Under the pieces are notes generated by a model. It was given only the letters and a program-made list of their open reading frames with translations, had not been told where the DNA came from and did no database searches. This document shows, piece by piece, positions 13,178 to 26,870 of a stretch of DNA of 64,000 bases. Positions within the stretch are counted from its first letter, which is position 1. Each line of letters begins with the position of its first letter. The position numbers and the translations under genes were made by a program. Source of the stretch: Octopus vulgaris (taxonomy: Eukaryota). The stretch lies in NCBI GenBank assembly GCA_951406725.2, contig OX597827.1, positions 61,318,001 through 61,382,000 on the forward strand, read 5' to 3'.

Positions 13178-13433
13178 TACATCACTAAAGTGAACAAGGG
13201 CACTAAACAGAACTAGTATTACTAGAAATAAGTGTCAAAACAACTCAATAGCTACAAAAACACTATCTTAATCACCTGGCAAGGGAGACAAGATCCCTAT
13301 GATCACAGATAGAGCCAGGTCACCAATGATTTTGCAGTTTGATGCTTAACACATCTTAACGCTCATCAGTGGCTCTCACCGTACCTAGCAACACTGGTGC
13401 TGATTAATGCCCTTGTTCACTTTAGTGGCGTAT
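13178..13433. repeat. Inverted repeat (~55-bp arms) enclosing a decayed hammerhead
   Basis: CACTAAAGTGAACAAGGGCA pairs with TGCCCTTGTTCACTTTAGTG. TA-rich flanks. Confidence 0.85.
13311..13376 (-). ncRNA. Degenerate hammerhead with a mutated core
   Basis: Reverse complement: AGAGCCA-CTGATGA-GCGTT...AACTGC-AAAA-TCATTGGTGA-CC-TGGCTCT. Perfect 7-bp stem I, but G12 is A and U16.1 is C. Confidence 0.6.
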
Positions 13434-13492
13434 ATATTTCTGCCTTTAGGCTGTAAAAATTCCAAATTAGCAACCCATATTATTTATGACAC

Positions 13493-13523
<31 letters not shown>

Positions 13524-13821
13524 TCAAATGAAGATGAGTAGGTAGTTCTACTTATGCAACAAATGTTTCAATAGCATGGTAATTTATTTGCACACAATGT
13601 ATTACATAATATGCAATGTTACATAATTTTCTTTATTTTATATGCTAAATCACCAGTCATTTCAACAGGTAACACAAACTATTGCTAGACAAAATCATAC
13701 ATCTTGCTTTCTTTGCAGTTTTTTTTCTTGAGATATAGTGCAACTGAGTACTTCATGCAATAAACTCATTATTATTATTATCATCATATGAAAATAACAC
13801 AATTTTATAAACAACACTCAC

Positions 13822-13913
13822 AGGATCTGTCTGGCCATATTTAGTTTCAGCAGCTAAATTGATTGCAAAATCAAATGGTCCTTCGACATCAGCAAAAGCA
13901 GATTCAACAGAAG
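13822..13913 (-). CDS. Coding exon: (A)SVESAFADVEGPFDFAINLAAETKYGQTDP
   Basis: atcttctgttcag|CTTCTG...GATCCT|gtgagt. 92 nt, phase 1 to 0. Contains the extended-SDR beta-4 motif D-x-x-I-N-L-A-A. Confidence 0.93.
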
Positions 13914-14078
13914 CTGAACAGAAGATATGGAAGATAAAGATAAAAATTTAAAGAGGAAAAGAGATGTTGAACAAAAAACAGAATCATTTTTCTACACACA
14001 CAGACAAACACACAACTATTACTATTTCCCTCTCCCCCTCCATATATATATATATATATATATATATGCATATGTATA

Positions 14079-14122
<44 letters not shown>

Positions 14123-14164
14123 TGTATATTTATATATATATACATATATATATATATATTATAT

Positions 14165-15232
14165 GAACCTCTGTACTTGGCTTTTGCTGAAGAATATGCC
14201 TCTGGAAAACTTGATAGTCAGTTGGAGCAAGGCTTGGTGAATATGGTGGATGACAGAGTACTTCCAAATTCAGTTCCTGTAACTTGAGTAGCATTCTTTG
14301 TCCAACATGAGGTCAAGCATTGTCTTGCAAGAGAATTGGCCTGTCTCTGTTAATCAATCTCGGTTGTTTAATTGCAACTTCACTCATCATTTCATCCAGC
14401 TGATTGATGTATACATCTGCTGTAATTGACTTATCAAGTCTCATGAAGCTGTAGTGGATGACACCAGTGCTGGACCACCAAACAGACACCATTAGCTTTT
14501 TTTGGTGAATATTCTTTTTTTGGATTGTGTTTTGGCACTTTGTCTATATCCAACCACCATGCAGAACACTTGCTATTGTTGAAAAGAATCTATTTTTCAT
14601 CACACGTAACAATATGATGCAAAAATGGTTCACTTTTTTGCCGTGACAACAAAGAACAGCAAGTTTCAAGACAACATGTCATTTGATACTCATTCAGTTC
14701 GTATGGTACCCACTTGTTCAGCTTCTTTACCTTGCCAATTTGTTTCAGATGGGCCACTACAGTTGGAATTGAAACATCAAATCTTGCTGCTAACTCACGC
14801 ATAGTTTGAGATTGTATCTGCTTTCACTACAGTTTCCAGCTTATCATTATCCACCCTGGCCTCTGGTCTAGCACAGGGCTGATTTTCAAGAGTAAAGTCA
14901 CCAGACCGGAACTTCTCAAACCAAGTACAGTGCACTCATTCACCTAACCATCACCTAACACCTCTTTGATGTTTCCAGCTGTCTGGGATGCCTTGGTTCC
15001 ATGACAGAACTCATTCACAAACAACATGAATTTTTTTATCTATCCATGGGTTCACAAAAATTTATTTACAAGAGAAAACTCACAATATAATCAGACACCA
15101 TGAATTGCATTTCGAAAAGTGATGATGTATCTCTTCAATGTTGTAAAACAAAGAATTGTTAGGATAAAGCATTAGAGTTAACAACTGTCAAACTTGATGC
15201 ATAAGAAAATCAGACATTTCATTCTTAATGAC

Positions 15233-15236
<4 letters not shown>
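14165..15236 (-). mobile_element. Degraded mariner transposase relic, 3'-truncated
   Basis: RELAARFDVS...KKLNKWVPYELNE...FLHHIVTCDEK (WVPHEL and first-Asp motifs). TIR-like TTAGGTC end next to (TA)n. Confidence 0.88.
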
Positions 15237-15274
<38 letters not shown>

Positions 15275-15382
15275 CACATACATATATATATGTATATATA
15301 TATATACATGTATATATATACATATATACATATACATACATATATATATATACCTGCATCACTTAAGGGACTTTAGTTCCTT

Positions 15383-15428
<46 letters not shown>

Positions 15429-16090
15429 TATTTGCAATGGTTTGAGAAGTGGTGTGACAATTCTGTAAATAATAAGGATATTTTATAAGCTTAAAGCTTA
15501 TAAGCAATTACTGTGTATTGCCTCTAGAAAATAGTCCAATATTCTAATAGTATATAAAACACACATACACACAGAGACACATATTAAATATATTTTTATA
15601 CACACAAAGAAAGAAATGACATTGAAAAGAAAACTTATTTAAAACCAAACAACAACAAAAATATCTGTAACATCTACACAATGACCACCCAAACGGGGGT
15701 ACAGATGTACTAAACATCCTTCAAATCACTTGGTACTGACACTAAAGTAATCTGAAGCAAACCTTGAAATATTAGGTTTCATTTAGTACATCATTCTCTC
15801 TTTCACATACAAACAGATTCAACCGTATTAAGGAAAAAATAAGTGGAATATTTTTTTATTAATGTTATTATATTTTGAGGTGGTGAGCTGGCAGAATCGT
15901 TACCACGTTGGGCAAAATGCTTAGCAGCTTTACATCTGTCTTTATGTTCTGAGTTCAAATTCTACCATGGTCAACTTTGCCTTTGATCCTTTCGGGGTCG
16001 ATAAATTAAGCACCAAGGAAACACTGGGGTTAATGTAATCTACTATCCCCCTCCCTCAAAATTTCAGGCCTTGTGTCTACTGTAGAAAGG

Positions 16091-16139
<49 letters not shown>

Positions 16140-16163
16140 TTATTCTTATTATTATTATTATTA

Positions 16164-16210
<47 letters not shown>

Positions 16211-16659
16211 TTCTATTATTATATTTTAAGGTAGTGAGCCGGCAGAATTGTTAGCATGCCAGGCAAGACAGTGCTTAGCACCAGTTCATCTGTCTGAGTT
16301 CAAATTCCACTAAGGTCGACTTTGCCTTTCATCCTTCTAGGAGTTGATAAAACAAGTACCAGTTGAACACCTGGGGATGATGTAATCGATTCATACCCTC
16401 TCCTGAAATTGTTGGCCTTGTGCCAAAATGTAAAATCATTATTATTCCTATTATTTATGGTGGCGACCTGGCAGAATCATTAGCATGCTGAGCAAAAATG
16501 CGTAGTGACATTTCATGTCTTACGTTTAGAGTTCAAATCCCACTGAGGTTAACTTTACCGTTCATGCTTTCGGGGGTTGATAAAATAAGTACCAGTTGAG
16601 CACTGGGGTCAAGGTAATCAGCTTGACCCCCTCCCACAACATTTCAAGCTTTGTGCCTG

Positions 16660-17122
16660 TTCCCGTTTGAAAGGGCTAAGGTCAAACACTTTCCACTTTG
16701 GCCAAGGCCTCATCAACTTTTTCAAGTTTCACTTGAAAAGGAAGATGAGAGTAGAGAAGGAAGTGATGTCTGGTAGCAAGTTTATTGAAAAGGTGGGTGA
16801 ATGTCGCAAGAATGGCCAGCATGAACGGACCAATTCTGAGGATACACCTGTGAAAAATTAAAAGGAAATATAAAAGGAGAAAGGGGCTCTCTACCCACCT
16901 TTTGACCAGGCTCCCGTGGCTTTTATGAGTTTTTCCACGAGTATCCTTTTGAAGTGCCTCCCCCTATTGGGAGTTTTAATTGTTACTTATATTTCGTTGT
17001 TATCCTGCTTTTGTACACGGACCTTTTTTCAAACAGACAAAACCCTTTGTAACTTTCGTCCTGTGTTTTGTCCCTTTGTTTTAATTGATTTTTGTTAGCC
17101 CTTGTGGCCAATAAACAAATTA
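16660..17122 (+). mobile_element. Probable Tx1/L1-like LINE 3' end
   Basis: ORF end LKGLRSNTF...LINFFKFHLKRKMRVEK. Tail GCCCTTGTGGCCAATAAA + (ATT)n; a similar tail occurs at ~60135-60160 and ~44940-44962. Confidence 0.5.
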
Positions 17123-17186
17123 ATTATTATTATTATTATTACTTGTATTATTATTATTATTATTATTATTATCATGATTATCATTA

Positions 17187-17228
<42 letters not shown>

Positions 17229-17753
17229 GGATTATTATTGTTTTTGTTGTTAATCTCTTGAACTTTTCAACAGAATTAAAAATATAAGCAACACAGCTAT
17301 TGTTGTCTGGAATTTTAAAGAAGAGAATCAAATCTAATTCAGAGAGAAGTCAGCATTTTTGTTGAATAGTATTTGGTATAAATGGAAAAAGTAAAGTAGG
17401 CACGCACTAACACGTACACACAAACATACATACACACACACAAGAAAAATACATATATACACACATATATGGGCACTTATACACATTAGAGGGTATTTCC
17501 GTAGACAATCTGCCAACAACAGATAAAACACACACACACTCTTTCACATGCCAATAATAAGGCAAGTAGAAGAGGCAGTTTCTATGTGGTCACTCAATAT
17601 GCTAAAAATAGCAGTGATTGCACTAGATTTCCTAAAAAAAGTGGGGGAGGCTTTGGACAATGTAATCTTAGGTACACTGTACCTGGGGAGAAAAAAAGCA
17701 ACAAAAACTAAATATGGGATGGTCATGAATGGAGAGTCTTTGATTCAATTGTA

Positions 17754-18319
17754 TTGGGTTGTCCGGAAAGTTTGTGCCAATTTATAGTAGCTTATCTTTC
17801 GACTTATTTCAGAACATGGTTGAGTCCATAAAATAGGATTTGACTACACCTCCATTTAGAGCACAGTTTAAGCTATCTTTTCGTGGAAGAAGGTTTATGT
17901 TCCTATAACATGTGTTAATTCTGTAACCCATTAAAATGGAAGATAAGAAAGTTCATTTTTGGTACTTATTGTGTTGGGAACTAGACAAAAATTGCTGCAG
18001 CTTGGCTGGGATGTGTTACCCCACCCTCCATATTCACCAGATATTGCTCCTTCGGATTTCCACTTATTCAGATCTCTGCATAATAGTCTTAATGGTAAAA
18101 ATTTCAATTCCTTGGATGACATAAAAAGATACCTTGATGAATTCTTTGCCATGAAACCACCTCAATTCTGGGAAGAGGGTATTTTCAAGTTAAAGGAAAG
18201 ATGGAGACGCATTGTGCAACAAAATGTTTCATATTTGGTTGATTAAAAACGTAATGGCAAGTATTTATTGACCTTTTTCTTTCCTTTAAAAATCAGCATG
18301 AACTTTCCGGACAACCCAA
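17754..18319 (+). mobile_element. Internally deleted mariner transposon with both TIRs and TA target duplication
   Basis: TA|TTGGGTTGTCCGGAAAGTT...AACTTTCCGGACAACCCAA|TA. Encodes WDVLPHPPYSPDIAPSDFHLFRSL...GIFKLKERW. Confidence 0.93.
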
Positions 18320-18917
18320 TAGTTCTGCTTGATGAAGGACGATCTAAACAATTATACTACACAAAGACACACAGGCTATGCAGTAAGAAGTGTGCTTTCA
18401 AACCACATGATTTGGGGTTCAATCCAACTGTGTGGCACCTTGCACAAATGTCTTCTGCTATCACCCCAGGCTGACAAAAGCCTTTTGAGTGAATTTGGTG
18501 GATAGAAACTGAAAGAAGCCCATCATATATAGACATGTTGTGTAGTAAGGAGTTTGTTTCCCAACCACATAGTTTCAGGTTCAGTCCCACTGTGCAGTAC
18601 CTTGGGCAAGTGTCTTCTACTATAGCCCTAGGCTGACCATAGTCTTGTGTGTGGATATGGTGGATGGAAACTGAAAGAAGCCTGTCATATATATGTGTGT
18701 GTGTGTATGTTGTGTTTGTCCTGCACCACCGCTTGACAACTGGTGTTGGTACATTTACATTCTTTGTCACTTAACAGTTTGGCAAAAGAGACTGATAGAA
18801 TAAGTACCAGGCATAAAAAAAAAGTAGTTGGGTGGATTCATTCGACTAAAAATTCTTCAAGTTGATGCCCCAGTATGGCCGTAGTCTAATGACTGAAACA
18901 AATAAAAGATAAAAGAG

Positions 18918-18968
<51 letters not shown>

Positions 18969-19284
18969 TGTGTGTGTGCTACTGTCCCTTTTCCTTGACT
19001 TTATGCGGTAGTTGTAAATGAACGTCTCTGTCATGTAAAACAGTGTCCTTTTTTTCCAATCTTCCATGAAAACATGTCTGGCCACAGGGAAATAATACCT
19101 TGCTTGGCAACAGCTTAGGGTTGGTGACAGGTAGGGCATCCAGGCTGCAGAAAATCTGCCTTGACAAAACTCTGTCTAACCCACGTAAGTATGACAAAGC
19201 AGATGTTAAAATTATGATAATGGTGATGGAATAAAGATGCATGTAATATAAAACAAATCGATGGAAGAATCGCAGAGAACTTAC

Positions 19285-19339
19285 CAATGTTAATTAAATT
19301 GGAATGCTTGAATTCCACAAGTGGATTGGCAAAGGCCTC
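19285..19339 (-). CDS. Coding exon: EAFANPLVEFKHSNLINI(A)
   Basis: gtttttttttag-type acceptor|GAGGCC...AACATTG|gtaagt. 55 nt, phase 0 to 1, continues the frame. Confidence 0.92.
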
Positions 19340-19674
19340 CTAAAAAAAACAACAACAACAAAATAAAGAAAGTAACAGACAAAAGGGTAAAACATTTTTT
19401 TAAAAAGTGGGGAGGAGTAGTACAAACTGAGTCCCAAAACCAACTGGGGTTAAGGTGCAAAGGAGGACCCTTCCTACATGAAGGTATTCTTCAAACGAAT
19501 ACTTAGAATATTTATATTTTGATAATGAAATATTCACAAGATATAGTGATCCCCCACTGCTGTTTACTTAAATGTGTTGCACCCTTTTGTGTGTGCGTGT
19601 GTGTGTGTGGCTGGGTCAATGTAATCAGCTTGACCCCCTCCCACAGCATTTCAAGCCTTGTGCCTATAATAGAC

Positions 19675-19722
<48 letters not shown>

Positions 19723-19735
19723 TTGTATTATTATT

Positions 19736-19788
<53 letters not shown>

Positions 19789-19790
19789 TT

Positions 19791-19826
<36 letters not shown>

Positions 19827-19899
19827 GGATTATTATTATTGTTGTTGTTGTTAATCCCTTGAATTTTTCAATGGAATTAAAAATATAAGCAACACAGCC

Positions 19900-19965
<66 letters not shown>

Positions 19966-22822
19966 TGTGTGTGAGAGAGAGAAGAGAGTAGAGAGTCTTT
20001 CCTCAGGCTTTCAACTTCTGATGGGGTCACAGGATATGCTATGATATAGGATATGTCTTGGTATTTCAAACTCAGCAGAGCCCATCCTCCTCCAGGCTGG
20101 AACATAGCCAAATGACTTCACGTTCTTGTTAGCAATTGCTTAACCGATCACTGTAAAACTTAATTTAACCTTTTGATAACAACCAGCCTGAGACCGCCCC
20201 CAAGTTCTATGATACATACATGCTGTTTAAAGTGAGCTAAATTTAAACCTTCCTTCAAAATTTCATGTTAAATTTTTTCCAGACACCAATTTAATAATGA
20301 CAAAGTTATTTTACTAAATACCTCGTTAAATTAATTGAAACAAAGTTGTATATTTCAACAGAAATAGGGTAACAAAATAGCTAAATCCACTGTTTATGAG
20401 GCAGTTTATTAAATCAGGTACACCAACCCAGAAATTTATAAAAATATGACTGCATGTTTCAGTTTTGGTTTTCGTTTCCATAAGTAGAAACAAATTGTAA
20501 AGTGGTTAGTGCTATGAAACACCAATCACTTTACAGAGTGTACTGGGTGTGTCTCTTTATGGTGCCAGCATTAGAGACGTAGCCATATCCTTGACAAGTC
20601 AAAAGGATCTTTCTTTCGTTACCAACCTGGCTGAAACCGGCTCTGGTTTTGTAGTACAAATGTCTTGTTTTCATAAGTTTTCATAAATTAAAATCTTCCA
20701 CCAAACCTTAGTCTCAATTTATGTTCCTAACACTAGCTGAATGATAACTAAGTTATTTTACTAAATTCTTAGTTATATTTAAAATAATTGAAAGAAACAC
20801 AGAACATCTCAAAATAAATACGGTAACGAAAGGGTTAACTCCATGTCTCTGCTACTTAGTGGATGAATATGGCTTAGTGGTTAGAGTGTTGGACTCATTA
20901 TGGTAAGATTGTGGTTTCAATCCCTGGACCGGGTGATGCATTGTATTCTTGAGCAAAACTCTTCATTTCATGCTGCTCCAATCTACTCAGCTGCAACAGA
21001 CTGGCATCCCACCAAGGTGGGGAATTTAAACGTCAAGGAAACATGGAAACTGGCCCTTGTGAGTTGGCATGAGTTAACTTTCTATCTCTGCTACTTGCCA
21101 ATCACTTTGCAGCATGTTTCAGGTGGACCTGTAATTTCACCAACAATAGTGGAGTTATCATGTACCCTGAAGGTTTGAAAGAGACAGACAGACAGTCCCT
21201 ACCACATTGTACAGTGTTTGTTCAGTTAGAGCAATGGTTCGCAACCAAGGTCCATAAAAGCATTTTTAGGGTCTACACAAGTAAAATAATAAATCAAGGA
21301 CCCACAGTAGTATATTAAAGGTCTATGAAAAAAATTTGCTTTAGTTGGAGTTATTGTAAGAAACAGCTAGGTTTCTTTCTCCTAACATTTCACACTAATA
21401 ATAATCTTTTCTACTCTAAGCGCAAGGCCCGAAATTTTTGGGGAGGGGCCAGTCGATTAGATCGACACCAGTATCCAATTGGTACTTAATTTATCAACCC
21501 CAAAAGGATGAAAGGCAAAGTCAACCTCGGCAGAATTTGAATTCAGAATGTAAAGACAGACAAAATACCTATTTCTTTATTGCCCACAAGGGGCTAAACA
21601 TAGAGGGGACAAACGAGGACAGACAAATGGATTAAGTCAATTATATTGACTCCAGTGTGTGACTGGTACTTATTTAATCGACCCCGAAAGGATGAAAGGC
21701 AAAGTTGACCTCGGCGGAATTCGAATTCAGAATGTAAAGACAGACAAAATACCTATTTCTTTATTGCCCACAAGGAGCTAAACATATAGGGGACAAACAA
21801 GGACAGACAAATGGATTAAGTCGATTATATCGACCCCAGTGTGTAACTGGTACTTATTTAATCGACCCTAAAAGGATGAAAGGCAAAGTCGACCTCGGCG
21901 GAATTTGAACTCAGAATGTAGCGGCAGACAAAATACCGCTAGGCATTTCGCCCGGTATGCTAACGTTTCTGCCAGCTCGCCGCCTTTTAACACTAATAAT
22001 AATGTTTGCCCCTCATAGTCAATAATGACCAAAGACGTCACATGGCAGAAGAAGACAAGTCACAGGGAGTCTGGCTGTGATCGATCAGGCCAATGCATGC
22101 TCAGAAGGCTCTGCAGCAGGTCAGGCACTGGTAGTCTGCTGGGAATTAAGGCAAGAGGTTTTTTTTTTGTGCTCCTACAATCCGGTTCTGCTCATAGAAG
22201 GTGGTGGCACTTCTGTTGGTGCAGCTATGCCAGGCAGGACAGTCCTGTGCTTGCATTTCTCAGGTGTCAGGATTGATCTGAGAGCACTTCAATGAGGTGT
22301 TGTCTGTATCATTGAAGTGTTTTTTTTTTTTCTGTTCACTTTGTGTGCATTTTTTTTTTTATCAGTTTGCTGTAAAACAGTCTTTTGGGGGAGTCATGGG
22401 TCAAGCATTCGAACAAGGTGACCTGCCAACTGTATAGCTATACAAAATACTTTCTTGAGATGAATACCACAGTTTTCAGATTTTCAACAGTATGATATAC
22501 AGAATGCTAATATGAACTGATACTGCTTCCATTGCTGATAGTGTGTGTGTGTGTGTGTGTACACACACACATATATATACACATATACATACATATATAC
22601 ATATACATATATGTATATACATGTTTATATATACAAGTATATATATATACATATATATATACATATATATACACAGACAAACATACGTACATATACATAT
22701 ATATTTACAGATATACTTACAGATATATTCATATATATATATACACACATACATATATATACATATATTATATACACATGTGCACATATACATATATATA
22801 TATACATATATATACATGCACA

Positions 22823-22887
<65 letters not shown>

Positions 22888-23619
22888 ACACACACATACA
22901 CACACACACACAGAGTAATGGAGAGAGAGTGTGCTTTGTTGCAGCAGTCTGAAGAATGTATGAGTCTGAAGTGGATGAGTGCACAAGTGCAAATGACCGA
23001 CAACCAGCAAATGCAACAGTAATGTGCAGCATCTAATGAATGTGTCAGGTAATTATCCTCAGAGAAGTTGCTTGTTGAGAACTGTTAGAAGTGGGAATAG
23101 GAGAGGGTTAGACGCTGAAGTGGAGAAAGAAAGAAAGAATAGAGGGGAAAGGAAAAGAAAGAAGCAAGCAATAAAGAAAAGAAAACTACAAAAGAAAGTA
23201 GGGTGGATAAAAGGAAGGCAGAATGCAAATGCTGAACTCTTCTGTTGTAAATGCCAGGTGAGAGGTCAGCAAATTCCTGCTTAGCAACCTGTTCAAATGA
23301 TTTGTTTGTAGTGATCAAATGGTTATGTTGTACATTAGCTCACTCCCTCCATCGAATAGATGTTACCTGTACAGGTGTATGGTGTGCCACATATCAGGTG
23401 GCAAAGTGATTGCAGAGCAACATGAAATGAAGTGCTTTTTGCTCATGAACTCTATGCACCACCTGTGAAACCACAACCTTGTAATTGCAAATGCAACACT
23501 CTAACCACTAGGCTACATGCCTTTACTGTGTGTGTATACATACATACATACATATATATATATATAAATCCTTAAAAATATTTTAGTCCGAAGGCCACGG
23601 CCATGCTGGGGCACCACCG

Positions 23620-23684
<65 letters not shown>

Positions 23685-24235
23685 AAATCCATTCTGTCTG
23701 TGTGTGTGTTTTGTCACATCCTGTGTCATGCTGAATCTCCCTGAGAACTACATTAAGGGTATACATGTCTGTGGAATGCTCAGCCACTTGCACATTAATT
23801 TCATGAGCATGGAATCTTCATTGTTGTAACCAATGGAGTGCCAGAGCCACTATTACCTGTACAGGTGTACCGTGTACCACATGTCAGATGTCAAAGTGAT
23901 CGCAGAGCAATTTGAAAATGAAGCACTTTTGCTCAAGAACATAATGCTCCACCCATTATGCTGTACTCTATGGTGCTTTCTTTCAAAGCCCAGATATACT
24001 CAGCTAGAGTTGTGGCATTACATCTCTCTGGGATGTTGAATGAGGACTTGTGGTTATTAAAGAGTTGAAATCAGCTCTTACAATCATAAGTGTAACACTC
24101 TAACCACAAGGCTGTGCACCTTCACAAAATGCAAGTAATAAAGGGAATAAAAAAGAAAAAGAGAAAGAAGAAATAAAAATTAAAAGGCAGAAGGAAGATT
24201 ATTGCAAAATGTGAAAGAGAAAATGGCCAACTTAC

Positions 24236-24292
24236 CTTATGTTTGCTGTTGAGCCAAGCCATTTGAGGGGGCACTTTGTCAGCCACCCGTAC
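24236..24292 (-). CDS. Coding exon of the same epimerase/dehydratase: VRVADKVPPQMAWLNSKHK
   Basis: ttcttctcttttctctag|GTACGG...CATAAG|gtaagt. 57 nt, phase 0 to 0, in frame with the 31 kb exon. Has the acidic residue after beta-2 and the DKxPPxxAWL motif I recall for this family. Confidence 0.93.
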
Positions 24293-25015
24293 CTAGAGAA
24301 AAGAGAAGAAAACCTGGGTTAGAATGTTTTTTTTTAACAAGTAAATTTGCTAATTAGAAAATGTCTATAAGTGATGAAAGCAGTAATTATACGGAGAAGT
24401 AACATTTATCCCCACTTAAACATGGTTGTTCTGTAGGAACCAATGTTGCTGTTATTTTCAACCCCAAGAGAACCCTTCCTCCAGCTGGTTATTCAATGCA
24501 ATCTGCACTTGATATATATTGCAAGCAGGGGAGTAAACTCCTACTACCTTCCAGCCATGAGACCACCAGACTATACAATTTCAACCACTTTGTGGTCATC
24601 CACGTTTTTTGGGGGCTTTTTTCTTTTTTGTTATTAGAAGGTCCCAAACAAGGTGGGAAGTCACTTAGTGTAAAGGACTATGAAGAGGGAGAAATTAAGA
24701 TGAAAGGAATGAATTTACTTTAAATATGAAAGAGTACAAGTCATGAAGATGAGGAAAACAAGAAGCTGGAAGCAAGTTCCAAAGTCTAGCAATTTGAGCA
24801 CCATCAAACTGTAGTTCGTCGAAATAGGTTGGCGGGAGGGATAAAAGAAGCTTTGATTGATTACTTAATTGAGATTCTCTTTGATATCACAAAATCTAAA
24901 GAAGCTAGAATGTCCAAATAATAATAATAATAATAATAAACCTTTCTACTATAGGTCCAATGGCTGAAATTTTGAAGGAGGTGGTCCTCGATTAGTGGTT
25001 CATTAATTGGTACTT

Positions 25016-25250
25016 AAGGTGGCGAGCTGGCAGAAACGTTAGCACGCCGGGTGAAATGCTTAGTGATATTTCGTCTGTGTTACGTTGTGAGTTCAAATTC
25101 CGCCGAGGTCGACTTTGCCTTTCATCCTTTCGGGTTCGATAAATTAAGTACCAGTTACGCACTGGGGTCGATGTAATCAACTTAATACTTATGTCTGTCC
25201 TTGTTTGTCCCCTCTGTGTTTAGCCCCTTGTGGGTAATAAAGAAATAGGT
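25016..25250 (+). mobile_element. tRNA-derived SINE with Meta-type central domain (representative copy)
   Basis: Head GGTGGCGAGCTGGCAGAAACGTTAG...GAGTTCAAATTCC, domain GTCGACTTTGCCTTTCATCCTTTCGGG.TCGATAAATTAAGTACC. Other copies: ~2017-2212(-), 15878-16090, 16228-16435, 16458-16660, 29335-29510, 54701-54915(+), 32768-32996(-). Confidence 0.85.
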
Positions 25251-25722
25251 ACCTATTTTACTGACCCCAAAACAATGAAAGCAAAGTTAACCAGAACGTA
25301 AAGCTGGAAGCAATGCCACTAAGCATTTTATCTGGCATGCTAACGATTCTGCCAGATCACTGCCTTTAATAATAGAATAAGCCTGTCTATTAAAGGTGTT
25401 GATTGTATTATCTTGTTTCCAACCACTGGACGACAGACCAGTACTGGGCTATAGATTATTGGATTCCTAGCTACACAGAAAGAATAGATTTAAAAATCGT
25501 ATTTCTATTTTATTGATTGTTGCAGTCTGTTGGGTGTTTTTGCATTATAATATTTATATAGGCATAGGAGTGACTGTGTGGTAAGTAGCTTGCTTACGAA
25601 CCACGTAGTTCCGGGTTCGATCCCACTGTGTAGCACCTTGGGCAAGTGTCTTCTACTATATCCTCGGGCCGATCAAAGCCTTGTGAGTGGATTTGGTAGA
25701 CAGAAACTGAAAGAAACCCATC

Positions 25723-25760
<38 letters not shown>

Positions 25761-26019
25761 TTGTGTGTCTGTGTTTGTCCCTCCCAACATCACTTGACAA
25801 CCGGTGCTGGTGTGCTTAGCAGTTTGGCAAAAGAGACCAATAGAATAAGTACTAGGTTTGCAAAGAATAAGCCCTGGGGTCGATTTGTTCAACTAAAGGT
25901 GATGCTCCAGCATGGCCACAGTCAAATGACTGAAACAAGTAAAAGAGTAAAAGAGAATAGTGTATATATAATAATTAAATTATATATTATTCACTTTATT
26001 GTGCTTTCTTTACAAAACT

Positions 26020-26422
26020 CTACTTGTGAAGACCTGTTGAGGCAAGTGAAAATTGAAATCGATCAACATCAATGGAAATTGCAGCTGTGATACCAGTGCC
26101 GGTGGTACGTAAGAGAACCATCTGAATGTGCCCGTTGCCAGCACCGCCCCGACTGGCCTCGTGCCGGTGGCATGTAAAAAGCACCATCCGATCGTGGCCA
26201 TTTGCCAGCCTCGTCTGGCACCTGTGCCAGTGGCACGTAAAAAGCACCCACAACACTCACGGAGTGGTTGGCGTTAGGAAGGGCATCCAGCTGTAGAAAC
26301 ATTGCCAGATCAGACTGGGCCTGGTGCAGCCTTCTGGCTTCCCAGACCCCAGTTGAACCGTCCAACCCATGCTAGCATGGAAAGCGGATGCTAAACGAAG
26401 ATGATGATGATGATGATGATGA
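26020..26422 (+). mobile_element. SINE-like repeat sharing the RTE 3' tail (representative copy)
   Basis: Internal repeats of GTGCC.GTGGCA.GTAAAAAGCACC, tail GTTAGGAAGGGCATCCAGCTGTAGAAAC...CCATGCTAGCATGGAAAG + (GAT)n. Other copies: ~1603-1810, 12750-13160, 41125-41430, 61525-61680(+); 27103-27390, 43095-43370, 52000-52205, 56057-56250(-). Confidence 0.82.
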
Positions 26423-26738
26423 TAAGCAAGTTTGTGGAAAAACTGTCTTGCATGAAACAAGTCCTTGGTGCAAAAAGGCAGAGGACTGTACAGCAGCAGT
26501 CCCCTGCCTTTTAGGGGACTGCACTGTTGCTGTTGTTTATATCCATGATGTTGTTGCTGTTCCAGTTGTGATTGTTTATTGATGATTGCATTGTTATTTA
26601 ACCCCAGGTCAATTTGATCAAAGGCATTTCTGCTTTGACCATTTCTTATTTCATATTCAGACATTGTTACATTTTCTAGCAGGTACAAAAAGAGAGAAAA
26701 ATTAGAAAGCATCTGACAATACAGAAAGTTTTATAAAG

Positions 26739-26776
26739 CCTTTATATTTCAGGTGCAAAGACCCATCTTCAGAAGA
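26739..26776 (-). ncRNA. Minimal hammerhead motif (left arm of the same fold-back element)
   Basis: Reverse complement reads tctt-CTGAAGA-T-GGGT-ctttgc-ACCT-GAA-ATAT-A-aagg. The C-G pair of the right arm's stem II is U-A here. Confidence 0.62.
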
Positions 26777-26832
26777 GAAACAGTCTGAGAAATGTCAGAA
26801 CCTGCATAACAAAAGATTTCCCAGACTGTTTT

Positions 26833-26870
26833 TTTTCTGAAGATGGGCCTTTGTGCCTGAAATATAAAGG
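26833..26870 (+). ncRNA. Minimal hammerhead motif (right arm of a fold-back element)
   Basis: tttt-CTGAAGA-T-GGGC-ctttgt-GCCT-GAA-ATAT-A-aagg. Extra U after A9, palindromic ATAT stem III, AUA triplet. Confidence 0.62.

Noticed and set aside
15878-16660. tRNA genes
   Set aside because: The A and B boxes belong to SINE heads that continue into the SINE body, and I see no complete cloverleaf.
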